NCBI GenBank assembly: GCA_002256025.1
Contig: NKIB01012713.1
Location: forward strand, 1 to 64,000
Source of the DNA: Asterionella formosa
Taxonomy: Eukaryota
Direction: 5' to 3'
Length of the DNA stretch: 64,000 bases
Below the pieces are notes generated by a model that was not told the DNA's origin, did no database searches, and saw only the letters and a program-made list of their open reading frames with translations. The position numbers and the translations under genes are program-made. This document shows positions 35,736-47,801 of this stretch, piece by piece (the first letter of the stretch is position 1; every line of letters begins with the position of its first letter).

Positions 35736-35850
35736 ATAGAAATCTGCTGACAACAAATAGAACTTGCTGACAACAATTAGAATTTGCTGACTATGAGTAG
35801 AAACTGCTGACTTTGACTAGAAACTGCTGAATATGACTAGAAATTGCTGA
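35736..35850 (+). repeat. 21-bp minisatellite, array 2 (same family as 34852-34998)
   Basis: About 5-6 units of TAGAA(A/T/C)(T/C)TGCTGAC...... Confidence 0.85.
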
Positions 35851-36936
35851 TTGGTGAATTCCATTAGCAAAGCATCATCCAGTGGCTGAATGCCATTGTT
35901 ACCAGTAGTAGTAGGAGAACACAATTTCGATGATCAGAACATGACTTGGATTTAATGAATGATAATTTAACATTGAAGAAAGTTCCTTGAGAGAGTTTGG
36001 AATGAAAAGCCATTCTATCGTGTCCGACAGGCATGAGATGATCCATTGGGAGTGTGTTAAAACTGAAAAGGTGAACTACTGGACCTTCCTGGTACTTTCC
36101 GTTTTCGAATGTATTCATGTTAAGTTATATAGATGTGGTGCCGTGTGTTTACTGGTCGTACACAAGTTGTTTGTAGTCCATACAGTATGTATGTACGAGC
36201 GCGTGCTAGATCGCATACTAGTACTGGTATACGGGCAGACGCCACTTCCTCAGCCGATTATAGTCATATGTAGTACTGGTACCTTGTACCAGGGTGGGTT
36301 ACCAGGTATGTATGATACCACACGGTATGCATTCACACAAACTGGTTTTTTTGTAGAGTCTACCTGGTACATATACCCGCACAAGGTACCGCCTGGAACG
36401 GGATCATTGCTCGTCGTTTCCACCATAAAAACCACCACTTGGTGGAGGAAGCACAGGTACCCGTCGTAGATATGTAGCTACAAATATTTACTACACCATC
36501 TACTGGTAGTACACATATGTATGTTGTATGTAGGAGTGAAATGCCAGTATGGTTTTGTATATACCGTACAAGTGTACCGGTACCTGATACTGAGCACAAG
36601 GTACCGGTACCTGGTACCAGGTTCCAGTGCTGGTTGCCAACCTGGTCGTATTGTATTCGAGTAAGCTCCACGTACAGGAAGGTACCGGTATTCCTTTTTC
36701 TAAATGCTGGTATCTCCTTACTATTTTATTTTACTATGATTGTTGCCTGGTGCTGACATGCTGATGTAGTGGTATTCCTCCAATGCAACCCCACTTAATT
36801 GTTTTCACCGCACGTATCGGTACCGGTAAGTAATCAACGATATCAAACCAGATTATTACTTTCATTATTCTTCAGTTAGTCTACCAGGTACCTCGACTAC
36901 CTTGATATACCCATAGCATTGTTATCATCCTTCACA

Positions 36937-38666
36937 ATGTCCGATGAACCCGCAAAGCTCACCATCTCTATCCACGCTCTCGTGGATGAGATGCAGACGG
37001 CTCATGGTCTCCGTCACGATGATTTCAAAGGATATCACGCCTACTGCACTCGTCGACTCTCGCGATTGAGACACCATCAAGCGGTGAAGAAGGACCTGGT
37101 GAGCTCCGGAGCGTACGTGAGTGGTGAAAAGAAGCGACGGAATGCATACTGCAAGAGAGAGTTGCCATCAGACACTGTTCTTCATCAAGACATCTTGTTG
37201 AGTATCATTGTCGACGCAGAGCGAGCCTGGGCACATTTCAATGAACTGAAGGCTCTGATTCACACGCCTCCGACAGACAAATCGCACGAGAAGTATAGAA
37301 GTGGCCCTGGGAAGATCAGGCAGCATTGCTTGCGCAAACTGAGACGTGCGAAACAACTGGCGACGCAGTTGGAAGAGTTGTGTAGTCGCTTCGCGGATGC
37401 GGAGACACAGGAAGAAGCTAAGGCATATGCGAGTTGGATTACGGCGAATTTTGGCCTGGAAAAGGGGGATTGGAAGGTATGTGACGGAATTGGGTGATGC
37501 AGTTTTGATGTACCAGCTCCTGCCCTCCACTGACACACAAAATTCTCGGTTTGTTACAGTCTGCGTGTCAAGACTTCTCCACGGCTATTTCGATCTGTAG
37601 GTCGCTCAGCAACAAAAACGCTGACAATCTCGAGTTGAGAGACTTGTTTGAAAATAGAGCGACCAATGTGCTCAAGCCTTTATGGAGATATTGCCAATAT
37701 GAATACAAGGAAACTGGTGCAAACGAAATTCCTGAGCTAGACGATGAACCCACTTCGTCCAGCAACTCGTCATCGGTTAAGATGGGTGGAGTGTCGTTTC
37801 GAGGCCAAGACATTGTGGTGGAAAATAAGTCGCTCAAGGTCTTGTTGCTCAAGTTAGAAGGGTTGGAAAATGATTTTAATGAAGGCGAGAAGGATGATAG
37901 CAAGTTAACCGTTTTGTTGAGCATTCTTGACGACTGCATGGCTCAAATTGACGGTGATTTACAACGGGTGCAGCAAATGAAGGCCGGGCCTGCTGTCAAC
38001 GCTAAGCGACAAGAGATGGAATACTTGATGAGCTATTTCAAGTATGGAAAGCTTAAACTTCTTATGCAGCGTCAAGAGAGTATGATCTCTCAAACCACCA
38101 AGCCAGGGGAGTTGGTCCATCTTTATGATGCCTTACTTCAGGACGCCAAGGCTGTTTGCCTATTGGCACCCAAGGTAGAAGACGAGTTTTGGTTGGAAGC
38201 TAACGCCAACGTCCTTCGAGTTAGAGCCTTCCGATGTCATCAAGTGGGACTCTTGTATGCTTCGTTGGACAAGCGCACAGAAGCTTTTGCGTTGTTGGAG
38301 CAAGCCAACCTGTTGGCGAATCGAGCGTGTGAAGAAATTGGTGCCTGTGAAGGAATGGATGAGAACTATTTGGATGCGTTGGAAAAGTTGCAAATTGAAA
38401 TCAAAGGAGCAATTCTTCACATTCACACCCAAGCCTACCTCGGTGTATCCACTGGGGCTAAAAAGTCTTCGTTGTTGGCCAGTTTAGATTCCTTCACCGC
38501 TCAATCGACCCTTGCAGTGCTTGAGCCCATGCCATTCCCCTGTAAACCGACCTTCTTTGACATTGCATGGAACTATGCATCTCAGTTTCCTACTGATGAA
38601 ATCCGAAAACACATTGATGAGAACAAACCAAAGCCCAGCGGTGTCATGGGGTGGTTCCGAAAGTAA
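36937..38666 (+). CDS. SRP68: Signal recognition particle subunit SRP68; exons 36937-37476 and 37560-38666
   Basis: HGLRHDDFKGYHAYCTRRLSRLR, AERAWA, EAKAY, RYCQY, PCKPTFFDIA and terminal GWF. GTATGT...CAG intron at 37477-37559. Confidence 0.95.
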
Positions 38667-39080
38667 TTTAGTACACATGCATTTATAGCCATGATTAAAA
38701 GAGAAATCGTTGTCGTGACGAATGCTCATACTTAAGTCATTAGCTTTGCTATCGCCATATTTATTCCCGAAGAAACATCCGTACATGTAGAGGTAGCTGC
38801 TCAGCATGTCTTCCTCAGGCCGTGGTACAGCTGCTAATAAATTGTGTCACCGCACAGCTCCCATGATTGGCCTGGATGATGGACACGGACGACGAAGGAG
38901 CTCCTCAACGTCTCGTGAACTTCAAAGCACGGAAGATGCTTCCCAATGAACCTACCGGTAGCTGTTCCCAATTTGCATCATCAAACATTTTGATCATTAG
39001 TTTCATAAATTTGAAGAAGCAACACTAACTACACAGTGAAAATAACATGCTAAGTGAGGGAACAAGTGGATTAAATCAGA

Positions 39081-42000
39081 TTAGGTTGCCTGAGAATCCT
39101 TGATGACTTGTTTGAAGCTGTAAGGAGCGAATCGGACACCGTCGGCGTAGAAGAACTTGTTCTGAAACTCGACCCAGTGAAGACGAAGAGCGTGGAGGAA
39201 GCACTCCAAAACATCCATCATCAACAACACACCAAAAGTGACACCGGCAAAAATACCGAATCCAAGGTAAGCTGCGAACCAGTTGATGTTAATAGTAGAG
39301 AGCATTGCCTTGCCCCAAAATACAGTAGCCAACTGGGAATGAGCCAAGGATAGGGCCCAAAGACGGAGGTAAGAAGCAGTGTTGGACACCATACCAAGAA
39401 CAAACTCAATGGTTTCGATCGCTTGGTGAATAAGAATCTCACCAAATCCATGAGACCCCTCTTCTTCTTCATCCTCATCTTTATGGTGTTCCTCGTCACT
39501 GGTTACGTGATGCTCAATAGCGTGGGCCTTGGCATGTTGACGGGATAAAAAGTATGGCTTTGCAAAGAGAAGGATTGGCACGGCAATCAAGGCACAGATT
39601 AGCAAAACGTTCTGGACATTTGCCTGGCCTTCATAAATTGGCTCGTCGACATTACCAGGCACCAAAGCAATGTTGATGAGAGTTGTAATAAGGTTTGGGG
39701 GTTGGCAGCCGTCTCCAGAACCACCGTAGTTGAGGGGGCACATGGTGGCGGTGTTGTCGTTCCCGGTACAAGGATAACCCCAAGGAGTGCAAGTTCCGTC
39801 GCCTCCTTCACAGACAACCCATTCGCCTATGTAGTCTGCACTACCCCAGCCGTCACCGTTGGGATCGACGCATGTAGCGGAAAGCATGCGAGAATTCCAG
39901 TTGATGGACCACTTCATAAAGATCATGACAATCATGTAGACAAACAACGATGAAGCAAAGACAGCCATGGGAAGAAACTCGAAGAGAAAGTCAAGCTTCT
40001 CTCCGAAATAGATGGCATTAAGACCCTTGAGACAGGTACCGGCAAACATCTGAATGATACCAAAGATGACAGAAAGCTTCATTTTGAAAGAATTGAAGAA
40101 AAGCAACTCGTTACTTGAAACCTTCCACATGGGATCAAGTCCAAAGGGATAAACCGATTCGCCTGTTCCAAATTGACTAGTCTGGTCTGCCACTGCGCCA
40201 GCCTCGACCGAATTATATTCCTGGCCCACAAAAGTCCAACGAGATCCAAAAAGGTTTAGCCCAAGAGAAAACATGTCGTTGTAAATGAGACCAGCATACA
40301 TGGCAAAAAATCCCATCATGACAATCATGTACCTGTAATAAACGACGACCACAGAGGTCAGATAAAGAAAAGAACGGGGAGAGCACTCGACATTAACAGA
40401 AATCTTAAACATACCGTCCAGCATGAAGACCCGAAAGCATCTCTCCAAGCCTGGATTCTTCATTCTTCTTTTCATTGTATAAAAGGTACATTCCTCCGGA
40501 AAAGAGGAAAAACCCGTGCCCAATATCTCCATACATTACACCAAACAAAAATGGAAATGTGGCCGCAGTAAACAATGCAGGGTTGGCCTCTTGGTAACGA
40601 GGAATTCCATAAGTGTTCACGAATTCTTGGTAGCCATAGGTAAATTTGTTTGTGGTAAAATGGGTAGGAGGAGTTGGCCATGGTTGTGGGACATCATCAA
40701 CCATTGATGGCATCGTCGTGTCCATGGCAGAATGTGCGACATTGACAGCTGATTTGAGGGCGTCAATGGAATCAGCAATGACCCAACCCTCCCCTCGAAG
40801 CATACCAGAAACATCGGCCTTGAATTGGTTCAAAGAGTGATAGATAAGCTTTTCACGCAAGACAAGCCACATCCACCGTTCAGTCTTGGAAGCTAACATT
40901 TGACAAAGGCGGAAACGAGTGTCTTGATTCTTGAGTAAGACAGTACGAGAGTCCACAAGCTCTTGGGCGTTCTCAGTCAACATACGGTCAACAGCAGGGG
41001 CGTCATCCATATCAGGGAGAGAGTACCGGTGGGCATCGAATGCATCGCAGATCTTCTGGACTTTGATCTCGATCTCAATGGACTTGTAAAAGATAATGAA
41101 AACACACTTTTCTACCAAGGCACCAGATAAAGGGTCGGTAATGGGCTGTTGGATCGGAGCAAAACGAATGTAACAGTTTCCGCGAGTGGCACGGAATATC
41201 ATGCGCTCGAAGCGAGTCTTCTCGTCCTTACTCACTACACCAGTCATTGATGAAAAGCGCATGTCCATCTCACGGGCAGCGCCTCCTTCGGCTTCCAAGA
41301 GGTTGTCTGTACGACCGTCACCATCGATATCATCAGCGGTGGTCAACTCAGAAACAGCAAGTCGGGGAGCATCGGTCATGAAGAAGCGACGCGCCTTTTC
41401 GAGGACTTCCTGAAGTTCCACTTTTTCGTTGTACTCACTTGTCAACTTTGTGGAATACTTGTTCAGCTCCCTTAGCTGAGAATCGAATCCTTCGAGTTCA
41501 GATTCCAAGGAATCAAGAAGCTGAACTCCACCTTCCTTGTTGCTTGGCTCCGAGACTTCGTCCAAAAAACTGTCAATAGTGCCTGCATTTTGAATTTCCA
41601 AATCGAAATTCTCGCATTCTACCGAAAAGAAACGAAGCTTGCGCTCAAGTTCGTCACAACGCTTCACAAAGGGAACATAGCGACGCTGGAAGGGCGTCAT
41701 GTCGGGGTTCAACTAAAGAAATGAAGAAGGATAATAATAAGGCGATGTCAGTCAAGTCAGCATTGGCTCCGATTGGCAACCATGTCAACTAGGTCAGCGA
41801 AATTGGTCCCATGGTGGCGGCGTTTCATTCAATCTTTGGTGCAAAGTCAACTGCTTCTTCTGGAATCATTGAAGACCATTTAAAATCTAATGCATTTGAA
41901 TCAAATGGATTGCATATTCAGTAGGTGACGACCATGGCACCTTCGACATGCCACCCAAACCGCCAAAACGGTATTTCTGCCCAAAAGATTGCAACTTACA

Positions 42001-42116
42001 TCGGTGAACTGAATGACACCCAACTTTCCGAGATCGGCAAGACAATCATGAGCAGCATCTTCATTGACAATCAATGAGATGTACTTCATAGGCTCCGAGC
42101 GGAACCAACGTGCCAT
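39081..42116 (-). CDS. VHA-a: V-type H+-ATPase V0 subunit a; exons 42116-42000, 41712-40415, 40332-39081
   Basis: WFRSEPM, IQFTD|LNP, FQRRYV, YGIPRYQEANP, FPFLFGVMYGDIGHG, SNTASYLRLWALSLAH, LHALRLHWVEFQNKF. Introns 41999-41713 and 40414-40333 are GT-AG and in frame. Confidence 0.97.
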
Positions 42117-43617
42117 GGTGAACGGTTTCTTTTTTTTCAACCACGATTGTTGAAAAAAGTGATGAGGGGCAGTTTCAACCAATAAATTAGCGAGCAAAGT
42201 TAATCGGCTTTGAAGTAGAAATCAGTATGAAATTGACGAAAACGAACACCAAATGCCGTGCTGGCGTGTCCTGAAAAGTCGAGGTCTAAAAAGTAGTAAA
42301 GACATGTAGCGCTCGAATGGAGTTCATACCGGTAGCCACAGGACGAACACATAATAACGGTAGGAGTGCCTGGTACCAGGTACCGGAGTACTGTACCTGG
42401 TACCGGTAGGCAGGTAAATCATGGCTGCATCGTAGACTACGGGTAGACCGCTGGAAAGCAAGATGTGTACCGGGGTAATACAGCAGCATGCCTGCGTACA
42501 AATCCAGTTGTGCCTGGTACTCCTAACTGCAAGAAGTTGCGGTAATTTTGCTTTGATCAAATGAACAACTGTTGCTTACATTCGACTTCTTCCCGGCAAT
42601 ATAGTGGTTCCAATTCCGAATTGATCAATGTGTAACTCTTTGATATCCATTTAATAAATCAACCAAGCCTTGGCTTGTTGTTCCAAATTATATTTAGCTT
42701 AATCTGATTTAGCCTAAAGCATTGAGACTGATCTGTTTTGCTTACTGCTGTCACACCCACCTATTATAATGATGAGCAATATTACTACTGGTAAACACAA
42801 CAAGGCTGAAGGCAAAGTAAGAAATGTATTGCCTACTGCATAGTCTATGTAGCTAGCTGAAATCATGTGATTCCAATGTGTATAGAAAACGCTTGAGTGT
42901 AGCAGTAGACATTGTTGCAAACGACTGGAAAACCCTGCCTATCTTAATGTCGTCTCAGCATTGACCAAGATGAAGATATCTACTGAGAATTGACTGATTG
43001 CGATTTGACAAATTGTATACCAGTAGTCATGGACACTGAAAAATGTGACGTATGTCAAGAATTATACTCATAGTTTTATGTCTAGTTATCAAATCATTTT
43101 AACACTCATTCAATCGTCTTGTCATTTACTACCTTTGTCAATCACCTTCATCCCCTCGTTCATTACAGATTACGAGCTCAAGCTGTTTCACTTGAAATTG
43201 AATCAATCAAACCAGCAATCGTTTGCGGTGAACAATTTTATGGATCAACAAATATATGAGATGACATTAGGAGCAGATTGTGACATCCAAATGCAATTCT
43301 GAGCATTTGACTTGCATCCAATTCCAAGTCCGATCCACCCTTTGATGAAGGGAAATGAAAACATGACTTTTTCGCAAAAGATGAGTGCTCGTGCTGGGGA
43401 AATGTCGAGGAAAGGATAGTAACTAATTAAATGTAGAGTACAAGGAACATTCAATTCGAAGAAGGGATTAAAACTCATGGTGTGTACAGTAAGGGTAACA
43501 TTCAGTTCTCAATCGAAAGTGATGCAGATTATGCTGTTTGTGAATGATTTTGGATGGATCCAGATGCATTTCTATTTTCTCTCTGAATTCAGCCAACTAC
43601 ATACCAGTGTTGGACTA

Positions 43618-44505
43618 CTAGTTTCGAATTATCATTGGTCCCAAAATCCAACCACCCAAAACTGTTGTAATGGTAACACTGAGGAAATTGACTTGAACAT
43701 TGGTCAAAATGTCTATTCCACAAATATGTTTGAAACCAGGTTGCTTAGAGGAATGTACCATTTTCGTATTTGTGTCAAAGTAGGTGGCTTGCACTGTCGC
43801 ACCAAGGATACTGTCCAGGGTGGACCCTATGATTCCACAAAGAGTCCCAAACAGCAGGATTCTCCATGGAGCACGTGGATAATTTCCAGTTGCGCAGTCC
43901 ACCATTAGAGTCCCTATTCCTATCATGGCACCACCAAGGGCAGTCCAAAGGGTCCCCCACCGTGTGATTCCACCATTTGTACCTGGAGGTACACGCTTCC
44001 ATGGGAACCAAATCAGCCTGGGTTGCTCTCTGGCCAAGACTCCTAATTCTGAAGCCAAGGTGTCTGCCAAACAAGTGGCATGATGTGCTAGAATTGCACA
44101 CGAAAGGTTCGATGCAAAGGAGGAATCGTCGTTATTGCTGTCGTCAACAAAGTGTATCGGTCGTTCGGGTCCAAAGTAATAGGCGTGCAGTAGTGATAGA
44201 AGTACGGCAAGGATGCTACACGCCAAGACTTGAGACGGTCCCCGAACAGCTCCATCATGGGCTGTGGCATCAAGTTGCTCCTTCTGTGCCTTCTTGTACT
44301 TGGTCGCGGAAGATCCAATTTGATAAAATAGCAAAAGCACAAATCCACGAAGGCCGGATCCAATGCTGAGAAAGCCAACTAACCACGCTGCGATTGCTCC
44401 CCCGGTCGAAAGGGATTTTTTTCGAGCCCCGCGGAAGGCAATGGCTGTTGCAACCGTAGCGCCTAGAGCGGATGCGAAGGAACCAAAGGGTTGCAGTGGT
44501 GGCAT
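43618..44505 (-). CDS. TMEM19: TMEM19/DUF92 integral membrane protein
   Basis: KKSLSTGGA, SSATKYK, RGPSQVL, ADTLASELG, VPPGTNGGIT, DSILGATVQ, ILTNVQVNF. An upstream in-frame ATG at 44547 is also possible. Confidence 0.9.
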   Translation of the reverse strand: MPPLQPFGSFASALGATVATAIAFRGARKKSLSTGGAIAAWLVGFLSIGSGLRGFVLLLFYQIGSSATKYKKAQKEQLDATAHDGAVRGPSQVLACSILAVLLSLLHAYYFGPERPIHFVDDSNNDDSSFASNLSCAILAHHATCLADTLASELGVLAREQPRLIWFPWKRVPPGTNGGITRWGTLWTALGGAMIGIGTLMVDCATGNYPRAPWRILLFGTLCGIIGSTLDSILGATVQATYFDTNTKMVHSSKQPGFKHICGIDILTNVQVNFLSVTITTVLGGWILGPMIIRN

Positions 44506-44859
44506 GATGTTAATGTAGTGACGTGCGATTAATTTATCAAAAGGCATACGGCGAGTGTTGAGGGTAAAGAACGACTACGGAGTACCAGGGTACCCGGTAC
44601 TGTTAGCAGATAGTAGTATAACTAACGGTAGAACTGTAATGACTGCACAGTCTGCACGACCGACAGTCATGGTGACGAATTCCATGGAACAAGGTCAGTT
44701 CAGGAAAATATATGCAGGATTCTTAAATGGAATAGCAATTCCTACAGATCAAGTCCAACATGTAACTTGTAAGACTGAGACGATTGGAATTACAAATCAT
44801 ATGAAATCGACCAATGAGAAGAGTGGATAGAGGTGAAGAACTAATCCAAGAAAGTAAGT

Positions 44860-44960
44860 TTTGTGAAACAAGATCAATTTGGTAAGACCAAGATTTGTGA
44901 AACAGGATCAATTTGGTAAGACCAAGTAATTTGGCAGGATCAATAGAATTTGGCAAGATA
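44860..44960 (+). repeat. 34-bp tandem duplication plus degenerate partial copies
   Basis: TTTGTGAAACA(A/G)GATCAATTTGGTAAGACCAAG twice, followed by decayed AATTTGGCA(A/G)GA units. Confidence 0.8.
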
Positions 44961-45176
44961 GATAGAAAAAGTGATCTGAAGTAATCACAACTTTAAGAAA
45001 GGCAAATCTAAAAGCAGATTAAGGTGTTGTGGAAAACTAGCTAGTGGAGAAACCGTAGTACTGGACACTTGACGTGTGAGTACTATCAAGGAGATTTGGA
45101 ACATCTCAACAAGCAACAACAAGGTGATTTTGATGTTGTTTTGATTGTAGTGGTACCTGGTATGGTCCTAGCACAA

Positions 45177-45249
45177 GCAAGTTGCGGTAATTGTGCTGAA
45201 GCTAAGACTTTCAGCTATCTTTATCTTAAAGCAAATGACTGCAACATGC
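45177..45249 (+). mobile_element. MITE-like copy, internally shortened
   Basis: GCAAGTTGCGGTAATTGTGCTG...AGCTATCTTTATC...AGCAAATGACTGCAACATGC, matching 50053-50141. Confidence 0.7.
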
Positions 45250-45803
45250 AGTACTGGTGCTCCCTCATGCATGATCCCATAAACATAATCTTGACCCTCT
45301 CCATGCAGATCTCGGTACCAGGTACCTGGCATTAGAATGCGAGTCGCACAGGTATGTGTGCATGCCGACAGAAGGATTGTAGTACCGGTAGACAGATTTG
45401 TCGTATGCAATAATACCAGTACCGCGCTTACCTATATGCGGTATTCGAAGAATTCGTCATGCACCATGATCATGATGCCCGTTTGTTTCATCACGACTCG
45501 ATCAGCCTCCGGTAAATAACAATGCATTCATGCATGTGTGTAGACTACCAGTAAGAAATTGATGTTCACCTGGTTGTTGTACAGTATTTGTTTGCATATT
45601 TATGATGTACTGCTACCGCTGCAACCCCAATACATGGTAGTCATATTCAATATTATATGTATTAGTCTAACATTATCTTGAGACAGAATTTTCATCTCGA
45701 TATGATCCTGCGACCAATAATACGGAACACGAATCATAGCCCCACCGCATGCCCATCATTGCACCACTCGTTCACGCACAATCGCATACACTCATTGTTC
45801 ATC

Positions 45804-47300
45804 ATGAACAACAAGACCGCCAAGAGCTTGCAAGAAGCCATGGATCGTCTAGAAAAGGGCGACATTGGCTTGAAGTCCATTGATCTGTGGTATCATGCCA
45901 GCTTTCCTACCGAGGTCGCAGAACCCATTGACGACGTCGTCCTGAAGAAGATGATTCGCCTCATTCGGGCCAACAAATCTGTCATTGAAATTGACCTGCC
46001 GACGGAGCACTTGAGCTTTGACGGCGTCGCCTACTTGGCGTCGACGTTGGCAGATACTTCCATTGAAACCATTTCGCTGCGGTCGAGTATATTTCACTTC
46101 CCCAACACTTGTCTGGCCACTTGCTTCTTCCGAGCACTGGATCCAGCCAACGCAACGCTCAAGGACATACGAATTGGAAAAGACACCATTAGTACCAGAG
46201 CTGCCAAGCACTTGGTGGCCTTTTTGAAGAGAAACACATCTGTCAGAACATTGGACATTGCGTCCAACGATATCAGAGACGATGCCATGGTGCTCATTGC
46301 CAACGCCTTGCAACTTAATTCAAGAATCGTAGATCTGGATATTGGGCACAACAGATTCGGGACGGTAGGGAATGCGGCGATACAGAAAATGATGAGAAAG
46401 AACAAGACCATTTCTTCGCTCAAACTTGACGGGTTGACAGTCACGGAAGACGCAACCAACAACAACGCAATTGAATTTTTGTCATGTCTCGGAGAAAACT
46501 ATTCCATTGATAGCATTTATCTCGGACCTATCCCTTGCTCTCGTTTGTCGGCTTATATGGGCAATCTACCAAAATCAAGATCCCTTAAATCTCTCAATGT
46601 CTCCGTCATCGACTATGACGAAGAGGGCACGAATGCATTTTGTAAGTGGGTAGAAACTGCTCCTATTGAGAAACTTAAACTGGATTGGAAAGGAGACGAG
46701 GAACCAACAGAATTCATTTCTAGACTTGCTCCATCATTACGAGCGAATCATCGCACCACAGGCTTTCACTTAAATGCATCAGGTACCAACGATGCTGGAT
46801 GTCGTGCCCTCATGGAAGCCTTTCAAGGCAACGAAGCTCTGGAAGAAGTTATTATTACGGACTTATGCATGACAAGTCAACAATTTCATTCCATTTTATT
46901 AACCATACCCACAATGCCCAATCTTGCCACCTTTGTGTGTTGGCAAGCATCGGCACGGATTCGTGAACTCGATCCCTCAGAGGTGTTGAAAGTTGTACAA
47001 CAATGTAACAAGTTATTGGTATTTTATGTGGGGCCGTTGGAGGATGGTACAGAAGCGGCCATTAAGCATCATATGCATCTGAATCAAATGAATTCAAGGG
47101 ACTTACTGCGTCAAAATGTCACTGCATTGTGGTCACTAGTGTTGGGACGACTTGCCGAAAAGAAGTGGACGTCAGAACTGTATGCCATCGTTAGAGAAAA
47201 ACCGGAATTAATGAAGACGGATTATCCAGCGCAGGTTGTTGTTAGAGAGAAAGGAAAGCGCAAACGTGATACTGTGATGGTACACGCGCGGAAGAGATGA
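45804..47300 (+). CDS. Leucine-rich repeat (RNI-like) protein
   Basis: Repeats such as LKRNTSVRTLDIASNDI and LQLNSRIVDLDIGHNRFG; C-terminal LN..SR.LL...LWSLVL.R...LY..REKP.L cap; basic NLS-like tail. Confidence 0.85.
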   Translation: MNNKTAKSLQEAMDRLEKGDIGLKSIDLWYHASFPTEVAEPIDDVVLKKMIRLIRANKSVIEIDLPTEHLSFDGVAYLASTLADTSIETISLRSSIFHFPNTCLATCFFRALDPANATLKDIRIGKDTISTRAAKHLVAFLKRNTSVRTLDIASNDIRDDAMVLIANALQLNSRIVDLDIGHNRFGTVGNAAIQKMMRKNKTISSLKLDGLTVTEDATNNNAIEFLSCLGENYSIDSIYLGPIPCSRLSAYMGNLPKSRSLKSLNVSVIDYDEEGTNAFCKWVETAPIEKLKLDWKGDEEPTEFISRLAPSLRANHRTTGFHLNASGTNDAGCRALMEAFQGNEALEEVIITDLCMTSQQFHSILLTIPTMPNLATFVCWQASARIRELDPSEVLKVVQQCNKLLVFYVGPLEDGTEAAIKHHMHLNQMNSRDLLRQNVTALWSLVLGRLAEKKWTSELYAIVREKPELMKTDYPAQVVVREKGKRKRDTVMVHARKR

Positions 47301-47801
47301 GATCGATAGTGGCAAGTGGTGAGGCCGGTTGGCACCAATTTTATAATTGTATGTATGTAGTGTAAAAATTGGGGTAACTTAACGAAACCCGAAATGCACA
47401 TGCATAGAAAGAAGTGTAATCTTGTAAGACTATATAAATAAACCGGTACATGCAAACAAATGCACTATTAGATCAAAATGACTGAAGGTGACTTGTCTGA
47501 TGTTTACCGCTGAATATAATAGTAGGCTCAAGCTTAACTTGCTAGGTGGAATATGAGAAACCCGCAAGAAGGTAAAGAAAGACGAACCAATCGAAACAAC
47601 TCCAAGTGTCGTGTTGGCAGGAAATCTCAACTTATGAATAAGCTATGTTAGCGTTTTTAAAGTAAATATGACAACAGCATTGGGAGAGCGAAGCTCTTAT
47701 GAAACGTCATACTTTCCTTTCCATGACTGCCAATTACTAATGTTGTGCTAACGACTCCACCCGTAGGATAACCAATCATCTCTGTGTCAATATTACATAA
47801 A

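Noticed and set aside
32463..35850. CRISPR array
   Set aside because: Repeats are head-to-tail or degenerate with no unique spacers, there are no cas genes, and the context is eukaryotic.
35987..36756. Short ORFs rich in V-P-G-T / W-Y-Q / Y-R-Y
   Set aside because: These are translation artefacts of the GGTACC/ACCGGT palindrome tracts.
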